DNA of 47,218 nt. Origin: Prosthecobacter debontii (GTDB lineage Bacteria; Verrucomicrobiota; Verrucomicrobiia; Verrucomicrobiales; Akkermansiaceae). Under the pieces are notes generated by a model. That model was not told where the DNA came from, did no database searches, and was given only the letters and a program-made list of their open reading frames with translations. Below are positions 17,626 to 28,271 of the stretch, one piece after another. The position numbers and the translations under genes were made by a program. Every line of letters begins with the position of its first letter. Position 1 is the stretch's first letter. The stretch is from NCBI GenBank assembly GCA_945885485.1, contig CAMCYT010000001.1, forward strand, positions 1 through 47,218, in the 5' to 3' direction.

Positions 17626-18864
17626 TCACTTGCCGGTGATTTTCCAAAGGTGTTTTTCGGTGCGCAGATAAAGAGCTCCACCCAGCAGGATAGGAGAGGC
17701 AAGCGTGCGCTCGGCAAGATCGGTTTCGAACTGAATCTCCGCTCCGTCGGGAGAGATTTTCACGACATAACAAACTCCGTCTTCGGTGACAGCGTAGAGG
17801 GTGTCACCTGTTAGAATCGGCGAGGCAGAGAAATTTCCGGGGAGCTTTTCGTTCCAGACTGGCTCGCCAGATTTCGCGTTCAGACCGGTGAGTGCACCGG
17901 TGTCATCAAGCACCAAAATCTGTCCTTGGGTGGCGATCATCGATGGAGTTTTCGGCATCCTGCGTGTGACTTCCCATACGATATGGGTTTTTGTAACATC
18001 ACCAGTGGCCTTGCCGAGACGGATCGCGATGAGCTTGGGAACGTTGTAGCCGGTGGCTACGTAGGCGATGCCCTCGGCAACAACCGGCCGGGGAACCACC
18101 GAATAGCCCTCACCGTAAGTAGCTTTCCAAAGCAGACGTCCGTCTTCTGGCGCGTAGGCTCCGATCATGCCGCTGCCCGCACTGAGAATTTCCTTTCGGC
18201 CATCTGTCTCGACCACGAGCGGGGTGCTGAAGGAAAAAGCACTGCGGACTTTCTGGTCGCGCGGGGTGCGCCAAGCGATTGTGCCGTCTTTCCGGTGAAA
18301 CGCGACAATGGTGGGATCGATCTCGGCGTCCGCGTTCACCACCAACAAATCGCCGACGATGATAGGCGAGCCGCCGTTGCCGTGCATCGGTTTGTAGGAA
18401 ATCTGTTTTTTCCAAACCACTTCGCCATCAGCGAGACGCAATGCGGCGGTACCCATGTGGCCGAAATGAACATAAACGATGCCGTCTGCAATGACCGGAG
18501 TGGAACTAGCCAGACTATTCTTGCCGTGCTGAGCCGCCGTTTCCTCGGCAGTGGGCTTGAATAGATCGATGTTCCAAAGCGTTTTGCCAGTGGCGACATC
18601 AAGAGCGAAAGCTGTTAAATGCGTGGCATCGCCGTCTTTGCGTGAGCCTGTGAGAATGATTTTCCCATCGGCGATGACGGGCGATGACCAACCCTGAGCC
18701 GACAGTGGCATTTTCCACGCGATCCCGGTATCCTTGCTCCATTTAAGCGGACCGGCTCCGCTCGCAATTCCTTGGCCGGTCGGCCCACGGAATTGTGGCC
18801 AAGCCTCGGCGGCCATCGCGGTGCTTGCCAAAAGCCCGGCGAAGAAGAAGCAATGAAATATCAT
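17626..18864 (-). CDS. Secreted PQQ-binding-like beta-propeller protein
   Basis: Signal peptide ending AMA, WPQFRGPTGQG, GWSSPVI, ASSTPV, FSTP, FSASP; true start ATG 18864 (ORF-track extension runs through the tRNA). Confidence 0.88.
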   Translation of the reverse strand: MIFHCFFFAGLLASTAMAAEAWPQFRGPTGQGIASGAGPLKWSKDTGIAWKMPLSAQGWSSPVIADGKIILTGSRKDGDATHLTAFALDVATGKTLWNIDLFKPTAEETAAQHGKNSLASSTPVIADGIVYVHFGHMGTAALRLADGEVVWKKQISYKPMHGNGGSPIIVGDLLVVNADAEIDPTIVAFHRKDGTIAWRTPRDQKVRSAFSFSTPLVVETDGRKEILSAGSGMIGAYAPEDGRLLWKATYGEGYSVVPRPVVAEGIAYVATGYNVPKLIAIRLGKATGDVTKTHIVWEVTRRMPKTPSMIATQGQILVLDDTGALTGLNAKSGEPVWNEKLPGNFSASPILTGDTLYAVTEDGVCYVVKISPDGAEIQFETDLAERTLASPILLGGALYLRTEKHLWKITGK

Positions 18865-18871
18865 GATGTGA

Positions 18872-18899
18872 AGCGTAGAGCGCGAGATCATCAAGTCAA
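18872..18899 (-). promoter_or_regulatory. Putative sigma70 promoter, leaderless geometry
   Basis: Minus strand TTGACT-N16-TACGCT then 7 nt to ATG 18864. Confidence 0.5.
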
Positions 18900-18953
18900 C
18901 CATACAGGGTGTTCTGAGGTTGGTCTGGCCCCGTAAATTACTGATTGTGAAAG

Positions 18954-19026
<73 letters not shown>

Positions 19027-19097
19027 ATTTGTATTTGGATGAAGAAAGAATGATCTAGTGCTGAACATCGGTGCAAGGCTAAGGTTTACGAAGTTTA

Positions 19098-19176
19098 AAC
19101 CCACGACCAACCCCGACGATGTCGGGGCTGCTCTAAAACCGGCCCCCCGATAAAATCGGGGCTGAGCTACAGCCCC
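19098..19176 (-). pseudogene. Degenerate 3'-truncated tandem copy of the tRNA with two 17-nt hairpins
   Basis: Shares GGGGCTGTAGCTCAG, AGAGCAG and TTGGTCGTGGGTT with the tRNA; anticodon arm replaced by CCCCGACATCGTCGGGG, D-loop carries CCCCGATTTTATCGGGG; upstream ~60 bp also duplicated (19027-19088 vs 19177-19239). Confidence 0.8.
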
Positions 19177-19229
19177 TTTGTGTTTGGACACGGGGAAAGC
19201 ATGATCTAGCGATGAACGCAGGTGCAAGG

Positions 19230-19895
19230 CTAAGGTTTATAATGAAGTAAACTTTTTTCAGATAAAGCCGCTGCGAGCTGCTCCATGGTTTCGACAATGA
19301 CATCCGCTTCCTTCAGCCGCTCGCGATCATGGTAACCCCAAGTAACAGCTATGGATTTCATCCTGGCGTTTATGGCGGTGTCCAGATCCATGGTCGAATC
19401 GCCGATGATCGTGCAATCCTCTGGGGCGATCCCCAACGCTTTGGCGATTTCCAGCGCACCGGCGGGATCGGGTTTGTGTGGTAGGGCTTCGCGGTTTCCT
19501 AAAACCACGACGAAATGGCTGTTGGGGAAAAGTTTTTCCACGATCTCCACGGTGAAGGCATGAGGTTTGTTAGATAGCACGGCGAGAGGAATGCCGCGTG
19601 CTTCAAGATCAGCGAGCAGCTCAAACATCCCAGGGTAAACCGATGTTCCACCGGGCCATGAAACCGCATAATCGGCTGCGAAATGTTTCAAGATGCTATC
19701 AGTGAGATCGATTCTGGACACGGTTGCCAGAGCGCGCTGGACGAGTTTCACCGCGCCGTCTCCGATGAAGCTGCGGACGTTGGCATGGCTCTGGCCGGGA
19801 AGTCCGTGTTGGATCAGCGCGCGGTTCAATGAGGCCGCAATACCGGGGAGCGACTCCACCAGAGTGCCATCGAGATCAAAAATCAAAGCGCGCAT
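19230..19895 (-). CDS. HAD-family hydrolase (phosphoglycolate phosphatase-like)
   Basis: FDLDGTL, VLSNK, KPDP, IGDSTMD. Confidence 0.9.
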   Translation of the reverse strand: MRALIFDLDGTLVESLPGIAASLNRALIQHGLPGQSHANVRSFIGDGAVKLVQRALATVSRIDLTDSILKHFAADYAVSWPGGTSVYPGMFELLADLEARGIPLAVLSNKPHAFTVEIVEKLFPNSHFVVVLGNREALPHKPDPAGALEIAKALGIAPEDCTIIGDSTMDLDTAINARMKSIAVTWGYHDRERLKEADVIVETMEQLAAALSEKSLLHYKP

Positions 19896-20003
19896 GAAGG
19901 AAATGGAAACAAAGATAAGTGGTCTTGAACATGGTTTTTCTACATCTGTAATATGGCGAAAATTATGCTCTGCATTCTAGGCGGGCTACTCTAGCTTGCC
20001 TGC

Positions 20004-20954
20004 GTGTCAGATGAGATAGTAAAAAAATCACAGGGCAGTTCGCTGTGGCAGGACGCGTGGCATCGGTTGTCGAAAAACAAACCGGCGCTGGTGAGCCTCG
20101 GTATTCTAGGCATTATTGTCATCGCATGTTTTATCGGGCCATTTCTTCCGTTTGTGAAAAGCCCGACTGTAATCAAACTGGAAGATGCGTTTGCGGCACC
20201 AACGGCTGAGTATTGGTTTGGAACCGATCAGCTCGGCCGGGATGTTTTCTCGCGGGTGCTCAATGGGGGTCAGGTTTCATTGTTGGTGGGATTTGTCGCA
20301 ACCGGCGTTGCGGTGATGATCGGCGTCATTTACGGCGCGATCTCCGGCTACGTCGGAGGCATTGCCGATTCCGTTATGATGCGTTTTGTCGATATCATGT
20401 TCGCTTTGCCGTTTCTGGTTTTGGTTATTTTGTTTGCGCTGGTGGTGGATGAGCCTTCGTCAAAATTTACGACATGGATCGTTGAAACGACGGGTTGGCA
20501 GCGGGACCGTGTGGCGCCGATCACCACTTTGATTCCGTTATTCATCGCGATTGGAGCGATTGGCTGGCTGACGATTGCGAGGATTGTCCGAGCGCAGGTG
20601 TTGAACGTGAAAAATCTGGAATTTGTTGAAGCTGCGGTTTCCTTGGGCTTGAGCCGTGCGAGGATTCTTTTTCGCCATATTTTACCGAACGTTATCGGTC
20701 CCATTATCATATATACCACGCTCGCGGTTCCTGGGATCATGTTGTTAGAAAGCGTGCTGTCGTTTCTTGGTTTGGGAGTGAAGCCGCCGAATTCTTCATG
20801 GGGTATTTTGATCAAAGAAGGTGCGGATCGCATGGAAATCACACCCTATCTCTTGCTTTTCCCCTCCTTGTTTTTCGCGACGACCTTGTTCGCCCTCAAT
20901 TTCCTAGGTGACGGTTTGCGAGATGCGTTGGATCCGAAATCCTCCAAAGATTGA
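20004..20954 (+). CDS. Oligopeptide/dipeptide ABC permease (OppC/DppC-like)
   Basis: FGTDQLGRD, EFVEAAVSLG, RHILPN, NFLGDGLRDALDP. Confidence 0.9.
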   Translation: MSDEIVKKSQGSSLWQDAWHRLSKNKPALVSLGILGIIVIACFIGPFLPFVKSPTVIKLEDAFAAPTAEYWFGTDQLGRDVFSRVLNGGQVSLLVGFVATGVAVMIGVIYGAISGYVGGIADSVMMRFVDIMFALPFLVLVILFALVVDEPSSKFTTWIVETTGWQRDRVAPITTLIPLFIAIGAIGWLTIARIVRAQVLNVKNLEFVEAAVSLGLSRARILFRHILPNVIGPIIIYTTLAVPGIMLLESVLSFLGLGVKPPNSSWGILIKEGADRMEITPYLLLFPSLFFATTLFALNFLGDGLRDALDPKSSKD

Positions 20955-20972
20955 TTTTTATTTCCATACCGC

Positions 20973-21716
20973 ATGATCCCCCCCTTCATGAAGCTAGTCC
21001 TCGACGGATTGTATCCGCCCATTTGTGAGCTGTGCGGTTGCGGGCTTTCGGAAGGAAAGGCGCTGTGCGAAACGTGTTCGGAAAAACTACCACGCATCGT
21101 CAGTCCGTTTTGTGGAACGTGCGGTGAGAGCTTCGCGGGAATGATTGATGGCGCGTTCGACTGCCCAAACTGTAAGGATATTTCGTTCCACTTTGAATTC
21201 GCATTAGCGGCGATGGATCGCTGTGAGGAGACGTTGGAGCTGGTGCATCGCTTGAAATATGGAAAAGAAATACATCTAGCAGGTGCACTTGGAAAACTTG
21301 CATGCGGAGTGTTTTCGGATCGCAGGTTCGCCATCGCCTTGCAGGAGAAATGGTTGTTGGTTCCCGTGCCTTTGCATCAAAGCCGACTGCGCAAACGCCA
21401 TTTCAATCAAGCAGAGGAAATCGCGCACGCTGTGGCAAAGTGTAGTGAGCTTCCGATGGCTAAGATACTTAAGCGCGTAAGAAGAACCGAAACCCAAACG
21501 CGACTTACGCGTAAGCAGCGGATGGAAAATCTCAAGAAAGCCTTCGCGGTTCGCACAACATGGAACAAGAAAATACCCGCCGCTCTAACAGGAGCTCCGG
21601 GTGTGATTTTGGTGGATGATGTTTTTACTACGGGATCCACCGTAGATGCCTGCGCCAAAGTGTTGCGCAAGGCAGGCGTGAAACGGGTGGCAGTAATTAC
21701 AGTTCTTCGAGGGTGA
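20973..21716 (+). CDS. comF: ComF-family protein (double zinc ribbon + PRTase domain)
   Basis: Four CxxC pairs, VPVPLH, R.FNQA, ILVDDVFTTGST. Confidence 0.85.
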   Translation: MIPPFMKLVLDGLYPPICELCGCGLSEGKALCETCSEKLPRIVSPFCGTCGESFAGMIDGAFDCPNCKDISFHFEFALAAMDRCEETLELVHRLKYGKEIHLAGALGKLACGVFSDRRFAIALQEKWLLVPVPLHQSRLRKRHFNQAEEIAHAVAKCSELPMAKILKRVRRTETQTRLTRKQRMENLKKAFAVRTTWNKKIPAALTGAPGVILVDDVFTTGSTVDACAKVLRKAGVKRVAVITVLRG

Positions 21717-22272
21717 TATCTCGGAACGAGATTTTCATTTCTTTTCCAGGATGCACCTGCAGTCCGATCGGACCTTTTTCCTTCGCGGTTTCTGAAGTGT
21801 AAGTCATCACTTCTTTACCGTTAAGCTCGACTGTATAAACGGATTCTTTAGCGGTAATTTTGATGATGTTCCATTCACCTTCTTTGAGAAGTTCTGCAAC
21901 GCCCTTGGCCTCGACAGGATATCCCTTCTTGGAAGCGATGTATGGAGAAGCCGTCATATCACGCTTCAATGAACCGGAAATGCCGATTTGGATCTGATCG
22001 TTTTCATGACGAAGAAAAACGCCGGAATCGATCTTCCCTTCGTATTTGAAAGCGCATTGGAAAACGAAGTTGGTGTATTCTTTCTCTGTCCAGAGAATCG
22101 AACCCTTCTTCTTAGGATCATTTTGGCCCTGGATTGCTCCGTCTTGTACAGTCCAATCTTCAGAACCGGTAATTATCCAGCCACTTAGGGTTTTGCCATC
22201 GAAAATGGGTTGCGGGGCAGCTTGGGAAAACAAGGTGGTGGCGAAGAGCGCGAGGAGTGTGGGAATTTTCAT
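21697..22272 (-). CDS. DUF1080 / 3-keto-disaccharide hydrolase family secreted protein
   Basis: Signal peptide, IFDGKTLSGW, DSGVFLR, GEWN, GPIGLQVH. Confidence 0.85.
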   Translation of the reverse strand: MKIPTLLALFATTLFSQAAPQPIFDGKTLSGWIITGSEDWTVQDGAIQGQNDPKKKGSILWTEKEYTNFVFQCAFKYEGKIDSGVFLRHENDQIQIGISGSLKRDMTASPYIASKKGYPVEAKGVAELLKEGEWNIIKITAKESVYTVELNGKEVMTYTSETAKEKGPIGLQVHPGKEMKISFRDITLEEL

Positions 22273-23237
22273 ACTAGATTGGGTTTCGATAATTTACGAA
22301 CGGTGTAGGCGCAAACTATCGAGCAAATGCAGAGCGCCGCTAAAGGAAGGATGCCGGATTTGAGATCGTTGCCGATCAACCACGGATACATGGGCGATTC
22401 CATGTTTATACTGCAGTTGCGAGAGAAGATTTTAAACGAAAACACAAGTCCTGCGTGTAGGCCGATGGGAAACCAGAGCGAATGGGTCCGCGTGCGGGTG
22501 TAAGCAAGAATGAGGCCCAGCGTTGTAAGCGTGAAGAAATTGGTGATAAAAAACAATGGGTTCGTGAAATGACCGAGAGTGCCATCCAATACTTCAAATC
22601 CTGAATACCAGACGCTTGGATTCGCAATGATCGTTTCGGCTGGTGGTTTGAGGAAATGAACGAAGGAAAACATCAGGGAGCTGCCGATCCATGCACTTCG
22701 CACCGAGTAAGCTCGCAGCCAGATACCTAACAGAAGTCCGCGGAAAAGAAGTTCTTCGATGATACCTGCTCCGAGAGATGGAATGACGGCTTTAGGGATG
22801 AGCTTGGAAAGTGAAAATACTTTGTCATTTGCTTCACTCGCGCCGGTGTAATGTAGGATGAGCGCGAGTGCGCCGAGTGAAGCGGCTCCGATGGTCAAAC
22901 CACAAAAGAGATGAATGCATCGCTGACTCCAAGTGAGTTTGCGCAGCGCGTAACGTGCATGATCGTCAAGTTTAGGAATGCGACGCACGCGGAGAATTAG
23001 AAATGGCAACAAAGCCAGCGCAGAGACGAGGAGACATCGGCTGAAATATCGATCGAGCTTAGCGCGATCCGCCGAGCTAGCGATGGATTCGATCCAGCCG
23101 GGGTAGTCAGTGGTCTTCGCGTTTTCTGCTAGAGTTTTTCCAGCCTCATAAAGATGCGGTGTGAATAAGGCCGCGAGGAAAAGCGCTGAAGCCAGCCACA
23201 AAACAATCGCACCTGCTTCTGACTTGAGGAATCGCAT
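22269..23237 (-). CDS. CPBP (CAAX/Abi) intramembrane metalloprotease
   Basis: EELLFRG, FSFVH, IGLHAG motifs; multiple TM. Confidence 0.85.
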   Translation of the reverse strand: MRFLKSEAGAIVLWLASALFLAALFTPHLYEAGKTLAENAKTTDYPGWIESIASSADRAKLDRYFSRCLLVSALALLPFLILRVRRIPKLDDHARYALRKLTWSQRCIHLFCGLTIGAASLGALALILHYTGASEANDKVFSLSKLIPKAVIPSLGAGIIEELLFRGLLLGIWLRAYSVRSAWIGSSLMFSFVHFLKPPAETIIANPSVWYSGFEVLDGTLGHFTNPLFFITNFFTLTTLGLILAYTRTRTHSLWFPIGLHAGLVFSFKIFSRNCSINMESPMYPWLIGNDLKSGILPLAALCICSIVCAYTVRKLSKPNLV

Positions 23238-23240
23238 GGC

Positions 23241-24521
23241 TTAGATTTTATCTGCACCGAAATATGGCACCAACGCGGCCGGGATCTTGATCGATCCGTC
23301 GGGTTGCTGACATTGTTCTAACAGCGCAACGTAAAGGCGTGGCAATGCCGTGCCGGAGCCATTGAGGGTCGCGGGGAAACGGTTTTTGCCTTCTTTATCT
23401 TTAAAGCGAAGTTTCATGCGGCGTGCTTGGTAATCGCCGAAACATGAGCAGCTGGAAACTTCGAGATACTTACCGTGGCCGGGAGCCCAAACTTCGATGT
23501 CATAAGTCTTTGCGGAAGACTGACCGACATCGCCGGTGCACAGCTCGATGACTCGGTAATGCAGGCCAAGCTTTTGCAAAATGCTTTCGGCGTGTCCGGT
23601 GAGTTCTTCGAGAATCTCGAAACCTTTTTCCGGATCCACCACTTGCACGAGCTCGACTTTATCGAACTGATGCATACGGATGATGCCTTTGTTGTCGCGA
23701 CCGGCAGATCCAGCCTCACGGCGGAAACACGGGGTGTAAGCGACCAGTTTCAACGGCAGGTCGCTTTCCGCAACGATCGTGTCGCGGTAAAGATTGGTGA
23801 CCGGAACTTCAGCCGTTGGCGCGAGGAAGAGGTCGTTGCGGCCGTCGGTTTCCGAAGGTTCAGTCCCATACATATCGTCCTCGAATTTTGGGAGTTGCCC
23901 GGTGCCTTCCATGCACTCGCGCAGCACGAGATGCGGGACGTTGACTTCTTCGTAGCCGTTCGAAGCTTGGGTATCTAACAGGAAATTGATCAGCGCACGC
24001 TCGAGTTTTGCACCTTTACCGCGATACACCGCAAAGCCGGAACCGGAAATCCGGATCGCATCCTCCCATGAAATCAAACCGTGTGCAGTGGCGAGCTCTA
24101 CGTGATCTTTCGGATCAACCAGCGCGGGTTTCACGCCCCATTCGCGGACGATTGGATTCGCTTCTTCGCAATCACCCACTGGGCAATCCGCATGCGGGAG
24201 GTTGGGAATGTTCAGCAGGAGATTCGTTTGCTTCGCGGTCGCTTCTTCGGCGAGGAGATCGAACTTGGATATTTCATCATTGATCTCGCGAACCTCTGTT
24301 TCGATCGCGGAGCTATCCTCGCCCTTAGCTTTCATCATGCCGATTTGCTTGGAGATCGTCTTGCGCTGGTTTTGGAGTTCTTGTTTGGAGGTTTCCGCAG
24401 CGCGGCGTGATTCATCGCAGGCCAACACCTCGTCTATGAGTTTCCAATGATTTCCGCCGCGTTTTTTCAAACGCTCGCGAACTTCCTCTGCATTTTCTCG
24501 AATGATCCTGATATCCAACAT
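23241..24521 (-). CDS. serS: Serine--tRNA ligase
   Basis: MLDIRIIRE, PTAEVP, CFRREAG, RMHQFDKVE, EVSSCS, TLNGSG. Confidence 0.97.
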   Translation of the reverse strand: MLDIRIIRENAEEVRERLKKRGGNHWKLIDEVLACDESRRAAETSKQELQNQRKTISKQIGMMKAKGEDSSAIETEVREINDEISKFDLLAEEATAKQTNLLLNIPNLPHADCPVGDCEEANPIVREWGVKPALVDPKDHVELATAHGLISWEDAIRISGSGFAVYRGKGAKLERALINFLLDTQASNGYEEVNVPHLVLRECMEGTGQLPKFEDDMYGTEPSETDGRNDLFLAPTAEVPVTNLYRDTIVAESDLPLKLVAYTPCFRREAGSAGRDNKGIIRMHQFDKVELVQVVDPEKGFEILEELTGHAESILQKLGLHYRVIELCTGDVGQSSAKTYDIEVWAPGHGKYLEVSSCSCFGDYQARRMKLRFKDKEGKNRFPATLNGSGTALPRLYVALLEQCQQPDGSIKIPAALVPYFGADKI

Positions 24522-24619
24522 GTCGGCGCGAACTTTTGTGGATTGCGGGGTATGAAAGCAAGGCAAACGTGTGTGACATCTCTTGTCAGTTGGGAAGGGT
24601 TGTGTATGGAATCTCTCGC

Positions 24620-25210
24620 GTGCTTCTTCTTTTTCACAAACCCTATGATGTGCTGTGCCAGTTTACGCCGGACCAGCCAGGCCAGAGAACGCTGGCGGAT
24701 TTTGGTTTTCCGAAAGGGGTTTATCCGGTCGGGCGACTGGATATGGATTCCGAGGGCTTGCTTTTGCTTTGCGATGAGCCGGGTTTCAATCACCGTTTCC
24801 TCGATCCAGAACAGGGACACCCGCGGGCGTATTGGGTGCAGGTGGAAGGGCTGCCGGATGAATCTGCTTTGAAAAAGCTCAAATCCGGTGGGTTGGAAAT
24901 TCAGGGCCACAGGACCCGGCCGTGTCGGGTCGAGTTGCTTGAGAACGAGCCCAGCGTCCCACCGCGCGACCCGCCGGTGCGTTTCCGAAAATCTATCCCG
25001 ACCTCATGGTTGCGTATCGAGTTGGTCGAAGGAAAAAACCGCCAAGTCCGGCGGATGACCGCCGCAGTTGGCTATCCAACCCTGCGCCTGATCCGCTGTG
25101 CGATTGGCGGCTTGGAGGAGATCCAGCTCAACCAAGGAGAGTGGATAGAGTTAAGTACGGAGGAGCGGAAGAACTTGACCGGCAAGGATCGAGCCCTTCG
25201 CCACCTTTAG
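24620..25210 (+). CDS. Pseudouridine synthase, RsuA family (RluE-like, no S4 domain)
   Basis: FHKPYDVLCQF, GRLDMDSEGLLLL (catalytic Asp), [15 protein letters not shown]; start uncertain (GTG 24620 chosen). Confidence 0.88.
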   Translation: MLLLFHKPYDVLCQFTPDQPGQRTLADFGFPKGVYPVGRLDMDSEGLLLLCDEPGFNHRFLDPEQGHPRAYWVQVEGLPDESALKKLKSGGLEIQGHRTRPCRVELLENEPSVPPRDPPVRFRKSIPTSWLRIELVEGKNRQVRRMTAAVGYPTLRLIRCAIGGLEEIQLNQGEWIELSTEERKNLTGKDRALRHL

Positions 25211-25235
25211 CACTTAATCTTGTTAAATCGTCTGA

Positions 25236-28172
25236 TTAGAACGAGTAGGAACCACCGATGTTCACACCGTTTGCAACTTCTGCATCTGTGCTGAATTCCG
25301 CACGGTAGTTGATTCCAAGGCGGACATTTTCGGTCACTTGGTATTGAGCACCCATACCGATTGAGAAGAAATCATTGCCAAGCCCTGGAGAAGCTACCGC
25401 AAATGGGGTACCACCTAAGCTTGCTCCGATATTCTTTTCGCTACCGCTGACGTTTTGAGTATAGCTGAGATTGCCATTCAAGCTAAATTGCTTGGTAAAT
25501 TGATATTCAGCTTTAACACCAATCTCTGAGAAGAATGCATCGTAGTCGTGAGCATCCACTGAGAGAGCGCCAGGACCCGTTTCGGTGAATGCTTCGGTAT
25601 CGGAGTTGATGTAATGGAATCCAACGAACGGTGTTACGCGAATATTGTCAGCAGCATAAGCGTCTCCTTCCAGTCCGACATGGATGTCAAAGACATCGGA
25701 ACCCACTTCATCGAATGCGGCATTACCTATACCGGTAAAGCGAGTGCCGCTGAAGTCATAGCAACCGTAGGTGATTCCGCTAGTAGCGATCAGATTGATC
25801 TCAGGCTTGATTGTGTAGCTGGCAATCGCGCCGAGGAGGAAGGCATCAGAGTCGGAATTTAAGGTGGATGAGTTAACATCACCCTCGTCCACTCCGAGGA
25901 AACCTCCAAGCATTAAGCCATTAACATCATGGCGAACACCTACGATGCCACCGTAGCTTTTGATATCATAGTCAGCTCCGTTGATTGAGGAATCCGTTCC
26001 TGTGCTGTAGTGAGTGTAGCCAGCGAATACAGAGGTAACCGACTCACTTGAAACCCCACTGACCACCGGCTCGGAAGATGTGCCGACTGGAATTCTTACC
26101 GAACGAGCCGATCCGTTATTACTGAAGCCCGGCATACTGAGTGCGGCTTTACTATATGACCTGATGGTCTCAACTCCGTAATCCGTAAATCCGGCATAAA
26201 CTTCAGGTGAGATCAAGTTAAGACCGGCAGCTGGAGGGCCATCGCAATCTCCGATGATAAGCAGTGCCATCTGGTCATCTGAATCCGATGCATCCAAGAT
26301 ATTGCCATTGCCAGAAATGTTGGTGTTGATCACGTCGGCGATGACCATCTGGTTTCCGGTGAGTCCTACGATGTCAGCGAGGCTAGCGCCATCGGCAACA
26401 CCGGATCCAAGAAGGGTTACAAGGCCATTCGTATTATCGATCACTAGGAAGTTTCTGTTCGCGAAATCATCCGTGAAGTTATCAGGCAACCCATCGATAT
26501 CACCAGGGGTGCCATCGATAAGAATGGCACTCTCTCCGCGTGCGAATTCGTTTGTTCCGCCTTGGATGACATGGATCGTTCCACCAAGTTGCGTAACACC
26601 GCTGACATAAAGCACATCATTGTCGGTGCCGGGTATCAACTGGCAATTGACGAGTGGAGAGCCGGAATGCGTGACATCAAAGTTGATGGTGCCAGCGGTT
26701 TGAGTGAAGCTCGAAACACTCTCGCTATCTACGAAAGTCAATTCACCGCCATCAATAACCAGAGATGAAGATGAAGCTAGACGACCTGCGGCACTCAATG
26801 CAAGGGTGCCCTCGTTGATGGTGGTAGTGCCGGTGTAGGTGTTGCTGCCGGTGAGGGTCAGTGTGCCGGTTCCATTTTTGGTGAGTCCGCCGACACCTGA
26901 TAGAGTGTAAGCGGATTCTACTGCAAAGCTATTACTGTCGAGCAACAACTCGCCCAGTAGTGAAACATCGCCATCTTCGAAGCCCGTGAAGAGCGTGGAT
27001 TGAGCGGCGGAGATAATTAAGGTGGTATTGTCGAAAGTGACCGTGCCCGAGCCCACACCCTCAGAGATCTGACTGGTGGTAATGGTGCCGGTGCCGAAAT
27101 CCGCAGAGCCGCTGGAGTCAGCCAGCTCGCCAAAGATAATCTGGGCCGCCGAGAGAGAGGCCGCATCAGAGAGGTTGAGTTCATTGTTCGTACCGGAGCG
27201 ACCAACGAGAAGGTTTCCCCCGATATTGAGAGCAGAGCCGGTACCGGAGAGGGAAAGGGTGTTGTTGGCGGAAGTGCTATCGCGACCAATCACAACGAGA
27301 CCATTAGATACATTAACTTGAGCGCCATTGTTGATGTTGAGAGTATTGCTTGAGCCGCCAGAGCCAACGCGAATTTGTGTTCCTGTTATAGTCCAGGTAG
27401 TACCACTATCAGACACAGTAACTGTGTTAAGATTGGAAAGGGCATTTCCACCTATGCGAACATTTTTAGATGTGGTTTGAGAACCTTGCTTAAGTTCCAG
27501 CGTATTATTGTCACCCCGATCACCCACGTAAAGGGTAGCATCATTGGTGAAAGATGAGCCAGCACCCGTGACGGTCAATGTGTTGCCATTTGAACCATCA
27601 AGAGAGCCGATGACGAAATCTTTGTTGAGGGCTGTTGCCTGAAGCAGTCCCCCAGAAGAGACTGTCACCTCGTTTTGAGAGCCAGAGTAGCCAAGATGAA
27701 AAGTATCACTGACGATCCAGCTGGAGGACGTGCCAGCAATTGTTACGGCGTTAACGTTGGATGCGCTGTTGTAGCCCAGGAAAGCACCCGCACTACTGAC
27801 GCTTCCACCGTTCTGGATATCGAGTGAGTTGCTAGAAGCGCTGTAGCCGACGGTCAGGTCGAGTGAGTTCGTCCAGATACCTCCGTCGACATCAACCGAG
27901 CTGCCCGTTGAAGCGGGTTCCACTCCGATGAACGCTTTGGTATTTGTGACGGTGCCACCTGTCAATATATCGAGGGTGCCTATTCCGGTGCTATCACCGA
28001 TGCGTAGCTCACCTCCTACATTCCAAGTTGGGCTGGCGAAAGGAGTAGGAGTGTAGTCACCTGTTGCAGTAACTTGAGCGTGTAAAAAAGGTGCCGCAAG
28101 AAAGACAGACAGCGTGGGAACTATAATAAATGTAAATTTCACAGTTGTAATTCTTATAAAGATTTGTCGCAA
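25236..28172 (-). CDS. Autotransporter (type Va) with beta-helical passenger
   Basis: Signal peptide ending LHA, G/S/T/N-rich repeats (VGYSASSNSLDIQNGG, VGDRGDNNTLEL), PATR-like GGLTKNGTGTLTLTGSNTYTGTTTINEGTL, C-terminal barrel ending GGSYSF; lower GC; exact start uncertain. Confidence 0.85.
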   Translation of the reverse strand: MRQIFIRITTVKFTFIIVPTLSVFLAAPFLHAQVTATGDYTPTPFASPTWNVGGELRIGDSTGIGTLDILTGGTVTNTKAFIGVEPASTGSSVDVDGGIWTNSLDLTVGYSASSNSLDIQNGGSVSSAGAFLGYNSASNVNAVTIAGTSSSWIVSDTFHLGYSGSQNEVTVSSGGLLQATALNKDFVIGSLDGSNGNTLTVTGAGSSFTNDATLYVGDRGDNNTLELKQGSQTTSKNVRIGGNALSNLNTVTVSDSGTTWTITGTQIRVGSGGSSNTLNINNGAQVNVSNGLVVIGRDSTSANNTLSLSGTGSALNIGGNLLVGRSGTNNELNLSDAASLSAAQIIFGELADSSGSADFGTGTITTSQISEGVGSGTVTFDNTTLIISAAQSTLFTGFEDGDVSLLGELLLDSNSFAVESAYTLSGVGGLTKNGTGTLTLTGSNTYTGTTTINEGTLALSAAGRLASSSSLVIDGGELTFVDSESVSSFTQTAGTINFDVTHSGSPLVNCQLIPGTDNDVLYVSGVTQLGGTIHVIQGGTNEFARGESAILIDGTPGDIDGLPDNFTDDFANRNFLVIDNTNGLVTLLGSGVADGASLADIVGLTGNQMVIADVINTNISGNGNILDASDSDDQMALLIIGDCDGPPAAGLNLISPEVYAGFTDYGVETIRSYSKAALSMPGFSNNGSARSVRIPVGTSSEPVVSGVSSESVTSVFAGYTHYSTGTDSSINGADYDIKSYGGIVGVRHDVNGLMLGGFLGVDEGDVNSSTLNSDSDAFLLGAIASYTIKPEINLIATSGITYGCYDFSGTRFTGIGNAAFDEVGSDVFDIHVGLEGDAYAADNIRVTPFVGFHYINSDTEAFTETGPGALSVDAHDYDAFFSEIGVKAEYQFTKQFSLNGNLSYTQNVSGSEKNIGASLGGTPFAVASPGLGNDFFSIGMGAQYQVTENVRLGINYRAEFSTDAEVANGVNIGGSYSF

Positions 28173-28271
28173 ATGAAAGGCTTATTTGGATGACACTCCC
28201 TCGGAAACTGGAGAGGTTGAAAAGTTGATCCAGCTGGCACAGAATAAATATGCTAGGCATACTATCGCAAG

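Noticed and set aside
24522-24619. T-box or riboswitch upstream of serS
   Set aside because: Gap is under 100 bp, divergent, and shows no T-box motif or terminator
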